Below are positions 1-6,256 of a DNA stretch of 19,577 nucleotides, in pieces; position 1 is the first letter of the stretch, and each line of letters begins with the position of its first letter. Source of the stretch: a virus; IMG/VR virus record IMGVR_UViG_3300036846_000255, positions 1 through 19,577 of that record, one strand, 5' to 3'. Both the position numbers and the translations under genes were made by a program. The notes under the pieces are model-generated. The model saw only the letters and a list, made by a program, of their open reading frames with translations. It did no database searches and was not told where the DNA came from.

Positions 1-99
1 ATAGAGGTGAACCCCTCGTTAACCTAGACCCCCCACCCCAGTTAACGAAAGTTCTCATGAAACTCTAATTAATTTCTAACCGTATTCACAGCACCTGGG
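1..99. repeat. Left inverted terminal repeat (ITR), perfectly matching core
   Basis: I compared nt 1-99 base by base with the reverse complement of 19479..19577 and they are identical. The first mismatch is at nt 100 (g versus t). The repeat sits exactly at the window edges, as expected for a complete linear protein-primed genome. Confidence 0.97.
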
Positions 100-250
100 G
101 AGTTCTCATGAAACTCTAATTAATTTCTAACCGTATTCACAGCACCTGGGTTCTCATGAAACTCTAATTAATTTCTAACTGAATTCACAGCACCTGGAAA
201 GTTCTCATGAAACTCTAATTAATTCCTAACTGTATTCACAGCACCTGGGG
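51..250. repeat. Left subterminal tandem array of four ~48-nt iterons
   Basis: The unit gttctcatgaaactctaattaatttctaaccgtattcacagcacctgg starts at 51, 102, 150 and 201, giving spacings of 51/48/51. Copies 3 and 4 carry variants (ctgaattc in copy 3; aattcctaactgtattc in copy 4). Each unit contains the palindromes TCATGA and AATTAATT. Confidence 0.95.
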
Positions 251-259
251 TGTTTATCA

Positions 260-268
260 TGGTATACT
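260..268 (+). promoter_or_regulatory. Extended -10 promoter (TGgTATACT) immediately inside the left repeat array
   Basis: TG at 260-261 and TATACT at 263-268. No good -35 lies at 17 bp; TTCACA at 235-240 is 22 bp away. It is followed by the TAATTCA leader shared with the next two promoters. Confidence 0.55.
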
Positions 269-298
269 TAATTCATCAAGTAAAGGGGGAACATAAAA

Positions 299-490
299 AT
301 GTATGAAAACACTAAAGAAGAGTTAGAGAATAAACTAGAAGAAGTTATGGAAATAATTGATAATTTAAGTGCTGAAAGAACATACTGGAAAGAAACAGCT
401 GAACAATATAAAGAAGAACGTGATATTATTACAGAAGCATACGAGAATTTAAAAGAGTCAATCTTCAGTGAACCTAACAAAGATGAATAA
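299..490 (+). CDS. Hypothetical, very acidic 63-aa protein; first gene at the left end
   Basis: ORF with the SD-like sequence aaaggggga 7 nt upstream. By my count the residues are 17 E, 3 D, 6 K and 2 R, and heptad-like spacing suggests a helix or coiled coil. I recognise no family. Confidence 0.7.
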   Translation: MYENTKEELENKLEEVMEIIDNLSAERTYWKETAEQYKEERDIITEAYENLKESIFSEPNKDE

Positions 491-519
491 AATTAATTTA
501 AAAAACTTAAACAAAAGTG

Positions 520-548
520 TTGACAACAAAAACACCACATACTATACT
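520..548 (+). promoter_or_regulatory. Consensus sigma-A-type promoter
   Basis: TTGACA at 520-525, a 17-bp spacer and TATACT at 543-548. An A-rich upstream tract (aaaaacttaaacaaaagtg) may act as an UP element. Confidence 0.8.
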
Positions 549-578
549 TAATTCATAAGTTAAGAGGAGGAATTACAA

Positions 579-725
579 ATGAAAGAAATGAGTTATTCAG
601 ACGGGATGAAAATGTACAATCACTTGAAAGTAAACTTTTGTAATGATGTAAGGTTAGTGAAATGGGACAATGTAACACATATTTATGTAGGACGTAGACA
701 TTTAGATAGTTTTCTAAATAAATAG
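579..725 (+). CDS. Hypothetical 48-aa protein (below the ORF-track cutoff)
   Basis: ATG at 579 is preceded by AGAGGAGG at 8-nt spacing and by its own consensus promoter. Manual translation gives MKEMSYSDGMKMYNHLKVNFCNDVRLVKWDNVTHIYVGRRHLDSFLNK, ending at TAG 723-725. Confidence 0.6.
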   Translation: MKEMSYSDGMKMYNHLKVNFCNDVRLVKWDNVTHIYVGRRHLDSFLNK

Positions 726-769
726 TTAAATCAAACTAAAAAATAAAACTAAAAAAATCAACAAAACTA

Positions 770-798
770 TTGACACTGGTTTCTATAAATGGTATACT
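770..798 (+). promoter_or_regulatory. Consensus sigma-A-type promoter with extended -10
   Basis: TTGACA at 770-775, a 17-bp spacer, TG at 790-791 and TATACT at 793-798, followed by the TAATTCA leader. Confidence 0.8.
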
Positions 799-868
799 TA
801 ATTCAAGGTTAAGGAATAACCTAACAAACAAAAAACTAAAAACTTAAACAGTAGAGGAGAAATATATT

Positions 869-1228
869 ATGAATAACGTAACATTACTAGGACGCGTAAC
901 TAAAGACTTTGCAGGTACTAAAACAGATAAAGGGTTAGTAATCGCTCGTAACAGCTTAGCAGTTAACCGACCTACAGAAGGTGCAGACTTCATCAACATT
1001 GTAGCATTTGGTAAAACAGCAGAGACACTAGGTAAGTTCGTTAAAAAAGGACAAAGAGTTCTTATCCAAGGACACATCCAAACTGGTTCATACGAGAAAG
1101 ATGGTAAATACGTATACACTACAGATGTAGTAGTTGACCGCTTTGAATTTATCGAATTAGCACCTAAGAAAGAAGAAGCAGAAAAAGAAGAAGTAGAAAA
1201 AGATGAAATGCGAGACCTACCATTCTAA
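869..1228 (+). CDS. ssb: Single-stranded DNA-binding protein, bacterial OB-fold type
   Basis: The N-terminal ~100 aa follow the bacterial SSB pattern (VTLLGRVTKD..., LAVNR..., ADFINIVAFGKTAE...FVKKGQ...QG.IQT.SYEKDG....T.VVV). An acidic tail ends in DLPF, matching the bacterial SSB C-terminal tip (DDDLPF/DDDIPF). SD is GAGGAG. Confidence 0.9.
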   Translation: MNNVTLLGRVTKDFAGTKTDKGLVIARNSLAVNRPTEGADFINIVAFGKTAETLGKFVKKGQRVLIQGHIQTGSYEKDGKYVYTTDVVVDRFEFIELAPKKEEAEKEEVEKDEMRDLPF

Positions 1229-1236
1229 CGAAAACA

Positions 1237-1261
1237 GAGATGAGAGCTTCGGCTCTCTCTC
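1237..1261 (+). terminator. Possible weak intrinsic terminator or RNA hairpin after ssb
   Basis: The sequence gagaTgagagc-ttcg-gctctctc forms a ~10-bp stem with one bulge and a UUCG loop. The downstream tract (attatctat) is only moderately U-rich. Confidence 0.35.
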
Positions 1262-1275
1262 ATTATCTATAAAAC

Positions 1276-1289
1276 TGACATATATGTCA
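1276..1289. promoter_or_regulatory. 14-bp perfect palindrome TGACATATATGTCA (candidate operator, copy 1 of 3)
   Basis: Perfect dyad located 15 nt upstream of the ATG at 1304. The same core occurs at 3864..3877 and 6257..6272. No usable -10 lies downstream here. Confidence 0.5.
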
Positions 1290-1303
1290 AAAAGGAGAAA
1301 ACA

Positions 1304-1723
1304 ATGAAAACATTAAAAATAGCTTTTATGTCTGTGTTATCAATTTTAGTCTTTATTACTTCTATGTCAGTCACTTATTTAGTATTAGAAAGGAACGAAC
1401 AACATGAACAAAGCACACCTAAAATTACACAATCGAGTGAAACTATCTCAACAATTGAAGAAACACAAACAACTACAACAGAGTCTTCATATTCAAATGA
1501 ATCAACTCAAGAAGAAGTAGTCGCTCCTTCTGTTCAACCACCAAGTACAGAAGAATACACAGTTAATAATTATTTAGGTGTTGATACTTATTCTAACTTA
1601 AATGCTGATAATTATTCTATTACACGTAATTCAGATGGAGTCAGGGGTGTGTTAATTGTTGAATCACCTTATTCAATGCAGTGGTTTTACGATGACAACA
1701 GAGGCTTAATCTACACTAATTAG
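1304..1723 (+). CDS. Hypothetical membrane-anchored protein (N-terminal TM helix, S/T/E-rich linker)
   Basis: SD is AAGGAG. Residues ~7-28 are hydrophobic (AFMSVLSILVFITSMSVTYLVL), followed by a low-complexity T/S/E-rich segment and a ~60-aa C-terminal domain. I recognise no family. Confidence 0.7.
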   Translation: MKTLKIAFMSVLSILVFITSMSVTYLVLERNEQHEQSTPKITQSSETISTIEETQTTTTESSYSNESTQEEVVAPSVQPPSTEEYTVNNYLGVDTYSNLNADNYSITRNSDGVRGVLIVESPYSMQWFYDDNRGLIYTN

Positions 1724-1734
1724 GAGGAAAACAA

Positions 1735-2163
1735 ATGTTAAAATTTAAAGAAGGACAGACATATATTTGTACGAAGGCAAACTTACCTTGGTGGACAAAA
1801 GGAAAAGAGTATAAGGTATTTTTTGATGAGCTACCTCGAGTTTTTGCAATAAAAGACAATCAAGGAACTATTTGGTATGACTATGAACTAAACGATACAA
1901 CACACAAATTCAACCTCAAAGACAATCCATTAGCAGAGAAGAGAACAACTGACTTAATTGACAACCAACCACACTACAAAAACCAAGGTATTGAACCTAT
2001 TGACTTAATGCGTAAAAACTTCTCTAAAGAAGAGTTTGCTGGATTTTTACAAGGTAATGTGTTAAAATACATGTTGCGCTACAAAGATAAGAATGGTCTT
2101 GAAGATTTAAAGAAAGCTAAGACATATCTAACATGGTTAATCGAGGAGGAAACTAATGACTAA
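1735..2163 (+). CDS. DUF3310-like phage protein with an extra N-terminal domain
   Basis: The C-terminal half shows the DUF3310 pattern as I remember it: PHY..QGIEPIDLM......F..GNVLKY.LRYK.KNG.EDLKKA..YL.WL. SD is AGGAGG. The N-terminal ~70 aa are unassigned. Confidence 0.7.
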   Translation: MLKFKEGQTYICTKANLPWWTKGKEYKVFFDELPRVFAIKDNQGTIWYDYELNDTTHKFNLKDNPLAEKRTTDLIDNQPHYKNQGIEPIDLMRKNFSKEEFAGFLQGNVLKYMLRYKDKNGLEDLKKAKTYLTWLIEEETND

Positions 2164-2614
2164 GTACAAAGTAACAGATAAATCATATGGTAACTACAAT
2201 GGTAAACTTAATTACGATTATGCTTTCGATACTTCTAAATTCAACGGGTTAGTTAGAGATACCGAAAGGTCTTTACAAGGATTAGAAAGAGCATTTAACT
2301 ATTTACCAGGAGAACACCACTTTCCTTTTAAAAAACCTATCTCTTACATTGATGCTAAAGCCTTAGTAACTGGAGCATATGTAGCTCCTATTAGAGCTAT
2401 CTTAAATCACTTCTCCGAACATTCGTCTGAGCGTAGAGCAAACAAACAAAAAGAAGTGATAGCTAAAGATGCTATGAACTCAGAATCACCTAGAGAGTTA
2501 ATCAAAGAATTAAATAAACTAAACAAACTATTTGAAAAATATGCAGACGATAAATTCAAAGGACGTCGTAAATTCGCTATCGTTGCATACAATGAATTAG
2601 GATATAACGGATAG
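2156..2614 (+). CDS. Hypothetical 152-aa protein (weak candidate terminal protein)
   Basis: SD is GAGGAGG and the gene overlaps the previous one by 8 nt. It has a basic C-terminal half (RRANKQK, KFKGRRK) and lies in the replication module. There is no recognisable similarity to phi29 p3. Confidence 0.65.
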   Translation: MTKYKVTDKSYGNYNGKLNYDYAFDTSKFNGLVRDTERSLQGLERAFNYLPGEHHFPFKKPISYIDAKALVTGAYVAPIRAILNHFSEHSSERRANKQKEVIAKDAMNSESPRELIKELNKLNKLFEKYADDKFKGRRKFAIVAYNELGYNG

Positions 2615-2624
2615 GAGGAAAACA

Positions 2625-3866
2625 ATGGGATTATTTAACAAGACACAAGAAGAAAAGTTTTTAAAATTCATCGAAAAATTTAGAAAGGAAAATATCCCCT
2701 CAAACTTTAACCAAGCTAGAGGGGTTGAAAATTTAATCAACCCAGACAATGACTACACAGTGTCCATCTCTTCACGTACGGACGGTAAGAGTTTTAACTA
2801 TATGGGTATGTTAATGGCTGTTGCTTTTGAGTTTGACTTAGGTATTCTATTCCTTGACCGTCACTACACAGTAAGACAAGCTTACATGGAAAACATCTGG
2901 GAGATAATGCACGTTATGCCACATTTCGATGAGAAAGAGTTATCATTCGAACGTAGTGATGAATACGTAACAGTTGTCTATAAAGACAAAACAATCGGTG
3001 CTATTACAGATATCAACAACAGTTCTGACTTGAAGAACCACTCTCATTTTCTAGCTAAATTCCCTATCTTGGTTTACGATGAATTCTTAACAATTGAAAC
3101 AGACTATGTTCCTTTAGAAGACAAACACTTTGAACGTATCTACCGTTCAGTTGACCGTAACGACCATATACCTCTAATTGACATCCCTAAGGTATTTCTA
3201 CTAGGTAATCCTGAGAACTTTGCTAGTCCTTTAATCGCTATGCTAGACTTGTATAATAAACTAGAGAAACACCCTATTAACACGGGTAAACATTATGACA
3301 ATATCTATCTTGAAATGTTTCGTAACGATAACCAGAATGCTAAGCGTAACTTACGTGCGTTTAAATATGCTGATAAAGGTTCTATCTCAGGTGAGTTCCA
3401 AATCAACAACACATATATTGCAAACGATGAAATAAGAGCGATGATTAAACGAGGAGGATTTAACACTTTTAACATCAAACTAGAAGAAGGTTTCTTAAAA
3501 ATCACCTACAACTTAGAAACACGTAAAACTCTAATCAGTTACATTTCATCTGTTTCTAATTATGACTTTTGCACACAAGTATCCGATAAGAAAGATGGTG
3601 TTGTATTCTTAGGAGAAACATACTTTAAAGACACTCACTTAAAATACCATGAGCGTGGTTTCTACTATTATGACAACAGCTATACTAAATCACTGATTAC
3701 AAGAGACTCATCACTCGTAGAGTTAAAAATTTGGAAGTGCGTATCTAAACATGCAATCTCACACACTGAAAGCTTATCTGATAGAATTGAAAAAGAATAC
3801 AAAGATACTTACCTTGAAAACACCTTAAAATCAATTCATAAAAAGTTTATGCTAGACAACTTCTAA
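2625..3866 (+). CDS. DNA encapsidation (packaging) ATPase, phi29 gp16-like
   Basis: Walker A-like SSRTDGKS at aa 49-56 (nt 2769-2792). Walker B ILVYDEF with D152/E153 (nt 3078-3083). The downstream segment VFLLGNPENFASPLI parallels phi29 gp16 CICLSNAVSVVNPYF. SD is AGGAGG. Confidence 0.8.
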   Translation: MGLFNKTQEEKFLKFIEKFRKENIPSNFNQARGVENLINPDNDYTVSISSRTDGKSFNYMGMLMAVAFEFDLGILFLDRHYTVRQAYMENIWEIMHVMPHFDEKELSFERSDEYVTVVYKDKTIGAITDINNSSDLKNHSHFLAKFPILVYDEFLTIETDYVPLEDKHFERIYRSVDRNDHIPLIDIPKVFLLGNPENFASPLIAMLDLYNKLEKHPINTGKHYDNIYLEMFRNDNQNAKRNLRAFKYADKGSISGEFQINNTYIANDEIRAMIKRGGFNTFNIKLEEGFLKITYNLETRKTLISYISSVSNYDFCTQVSDKKDGVVFLGETYFKDTHLKYHERGFYYYDNSYTKSLITRDSSLVELKIWKCVSKHAISHTESLSDRIEKEYKDTYLENTLKSIHKKFMLDNF

Positions 3867-3881
3867 CATATATGTTATATT
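3853..3881 (+). promoter_or_regulatory. Putative promoter in front of the polymerase gene with a palindrome in the spacer (copy 2 of 3)
   Basis: TAGACA at 3853-3858, a 17-bp spacer and extended -10 TGtTATATT at 3873-3881. The 14-bp palindrome TAACATATATGTTA (3864..3877) spans the spacer and overlaps the -10. Confidence 0.45.
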
Positions 3882-3899
3882 AGTTTGTGAGGTGAGAGT

Positions 3900-6242
3900 A
3901 TGGAATATGTAAAATATTTAGATGGCACAACTAAACAAGACATTATTAACTATTTAAACAAGAGTAAGATACACCAGTTTGATATCGACATTGAAACATT
4001 AAGCTATAACATGAATATGAGTAGAAAGAAACCTACAGCTATGAAAAGTCGTATGTTTACTTTCACTGCTTCATGGTTCGATGAGTCAGGACGTATTTAT
4101 ACAATTGCAACACCATCAGTTAAATATTTCATTGATGATTTCCTTCTCCCTTATGCTAAGAAAACAAAGGGAAAAAGCAAACGTTCTGGTTTTGCTCGAG
4201 TGGTTTTCAATGTGCACAACGGTAACAAGTTTGATAATCACTTCCTAGCGAAAGAAATACACGAAACCTATCATGCGAAATATCGTAACTGGGAAGATGA
4301 TAAAAGCAAAGTAAAAGTGAACTTAGGGAAACACATGATGAAAGGAGAAAACACAGAAAACTATATTCTAGAGAAGAGGGTAAAGGGTATGTCCCACCTC
4401 TCTTTCTCTGCTGTTATAGGTGATTTACAAATTGACACAGTTGATACAGTCATGAAAACAGGATGTGCCTTATCAACAGTCGGACAAATGCTTTTATCTG
4501 CAGGATGTATTACAGAAGATAAATTAAAAACAACTTTCGACTATGCTAAATATCATTACCAAGAAGACATGTCAGAAATTGAAGTAAACACGGAAGTATT
4601 AGACATCTTCAATTCTTTAACAGAAGAAGAGTGGGTTTATATTGCAAATGACACATACATTCTTTCATCTTTAAGAAGAGACTTTGAGAAGATTTTTCCA
4701 GGTTTCGACTATAACAAACAAACAAAAACACAAAACATTATTAATGCTTACAAAAGAAACAATACAGCTGAATATCAAATACTTGGTAAGATTACCAAGC
4801 AAAACGAAACTTCTTTAAGACCAGATGTTTACGAGGTGAACTATAGTGATTATGACGTTCAAGGTGAGAACATGGCACGTATTGTACAAAACTTTTATAA
4901 GGGTGGGTTAAACTTTTATAATCAAGATTACGTTGGTAAACTTTTAACAGGAGAGTTTATCAGTTTTGATATTAACAGTTCTTATCCATCCATTATGTAT
5001 GAGTTCCCTATGCCTTGGTTAATCAGAAACCATTACGAACACAAATGTGTTAAGAAGGTATCAACAGATTTACATGAAGAATTCACCCTTTACAAAGTAA
5101 CAAAAGAAGTTTTTAACCGTTTGTTAAGCTTACTAGGTTCTAGAGTTGTTAGACAAATGTTAACAAAATATTTCAGAAGAGAAGGTGAGTTTGTTTATTT
5201 GACTACTTGGACATTCAAAATGTTAAAAGAGAATTTTCATTTAGAAATTCCAGAAATTGAATGTGAACAATGGTATGAGTTTAGCGTAAAATATTTCGGT
5301 GCTAGAGACGCTATCACGGAGTTTTACTTCACTAAAACACAAGGAAAAGCAAAGAGTGTGGTGGAATTCGTGGATAATAATCCTATGAATATTGTCTTAC
5401 ATGAAGACCAAAAGAACGAGAAAGTATTTACAAAACCTATGATTGACATCGCTAAAGTAAATCTTAACGGTATCTATGGTGCTCCGGCTCTAAAACCTGC
5501 TTATTCAGTTGGTTATCGTGATGAAGACGGGTTTTTACACGTTGAACGTAATGGTTACTTAAATACAGAACGTAATGCTATGACAAGTGTATTCACGACG
5601 GGTGGGGCTTTATGGAGATTAACACAACCTTTACAATATTTAACAGATAAAGAGATTGACGACGCTTTTCTTTACTGTGATACAGATAGTTTATACATGA
5701 AACGTTATATTTTACCTAAACTACCTAAAGAAATGTTTCACCCGATGAACTTAGGTTCTTGGGATATTGAACACAACTTAATTACCGAATTTTATGTATT
5801 AAACCATAAAAAATATGCTTTCTATGACAATGGTATTGTTTTCCATTGCGGAGGTATCCCAGAAGACGCTTTTGATACAGATATGTCTTTCAAAGAGTTT
5901 GTAGACACACAATTCCATAAAGGGGTACAAATGCCTAACAACCGTAGTATTATGACATCAGAAGGAACAATCGTTATTTACGAAAGTAGCACTGAACTAG
6001 ATGAAGGTGGTAGTTATCCAGACCGTTATACTGATGAAGATGAATTAATTGAACAAATGGTAAAAGAAGAATTAAGAAAACAGTTGACAGATGAGGATGA
6101 TAATGATATTCTCTATATAGAATATGAGTTAGGTTCAATGTCCTTGAAAGACGTTTATCCTTTCGAGTACGAAACATCAAAAGATTCCTTGGCTGGCTTG
6201 TATTATGATTCGGGAGATATTAGAAATAATATTTCTCGATAA
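3900..6242 (+). CDS. Family-B DNA polymerase, protein-primed type (phi29 p2-like)
   Basis: Exo I is DIDIETL (D30/E32). Exo II is HNGNKFD (aa 106-112). Exo III is YIAND (Y247..D251). Motif A is FDINSSYPS (aa 356-364), motif B KVNLNGIYG (aa 519-527), motif C YCDTDS (aa 592-597, nt 5673-5690) and KxY is KKY (aa 637-639). Confidence 0.95.
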   Translation: MEYVKYLDGTTKQDIINYLNKSKIHQFDIDIETLSYNMNMSRKKPTAMKSRMFTFTASWFDESGRIYTIATPSVKYFIDDFLLPYAKKTKGKSKRSGFARVVFNVHNGNKFDNHFLAKEIHETYHAKYRNWEDDKSKVKVNLGKHMMKGENTENYILEKRVKGMSHLSFSAVIGDLQIDTVDTVMKTGCALSTVGQMLLSAGCITEDKLKTTFDYAKYHYQEDMSEIEVNTEVLDIFNSLTEEEWVYIANDTYILSSLRRDFEKIFPGFDYNKQTKTQNIINAYKRNNTAEYQILGKITKQNETSLRPDVYEVNYSDYDVQGENMARIVQNFYKGGLNFYNQDYVGKLLTGEFISFDINSSYPSIMYEFPMPWLIRNHYEHKCVKKVSTDLHEEFTLYKVTKEVFNRLLSLLGSRVVRQMLTKYFRREGEFVYLTTWTFKMLKENFHLEIPEIECEQWYEFSVKYFGARDAITEFYFTKTQGKAKSVVEFVDNNPMNIVLHEDQKNEKVFTKPMIDIAKVNLNGIYGAPALKPAYSVGYRDEDGFLHVERNGYLNTERNAMTSVFTTGGALWRLTQPLQYLTDKEIDDAFLYCDTDSLYMKRYILPKLPKEMFHPMNLGSWDIEHNLITEFYVLNHKKYAFYDNGIVFHCGGIPEDAFDTDMSFKEFVDTQFHKGVQMPNNRSIMTSEGTIVIYESSTELDEGGSYPDRYTDEDELIEQMVKEELRKQLTDEDDNDILYIEYELGSMSLKDVYPFEYETSKDSLAGLYYDSGDIRNNISR

Positions 6243-6256
6243 TTTAAACAAAAGAG

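Noticed and set aside
51-250. The terminal tandem repeats could be read as a CRISPR array.
   Set aside because: The units abut each other with 0-3 nt between them, so there are no unique spacers. The same array occurs inverted at the other genome end, and there are no cas genes. These are subterminal tandem repeats within ITRs.
251-298. A phi29-like pRNA gene at the left end.
   Set aside because: Only ~48 nt separate the repeat array from the first CDS, and a promoter and SD occupy that stretch. The repeats themselves show no pRNA-like two-domain helices.
268-480. Antisense 70-aa ORF opposite the first + strand gene.
   Set aside because: It is fully nested antisense to a gene with an SD and promoter, has no SD of its own and has a low-complexity Ser/Leu-rich translation. 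The same reasoning applies to 844..1119, 2407..2625, 3305..3505, 5974..6180 and 6944..7192 on the - strand.
3900-6242. The extra ~200 aa of the polymerase might be a fused terminal protein.
   Set aside because: Exo I lies at aa 30. The additional length is distributed as several internal insertions plus a ~65-aa longer tail, not as one contiguous TP-sized N- or C-terminal domain.
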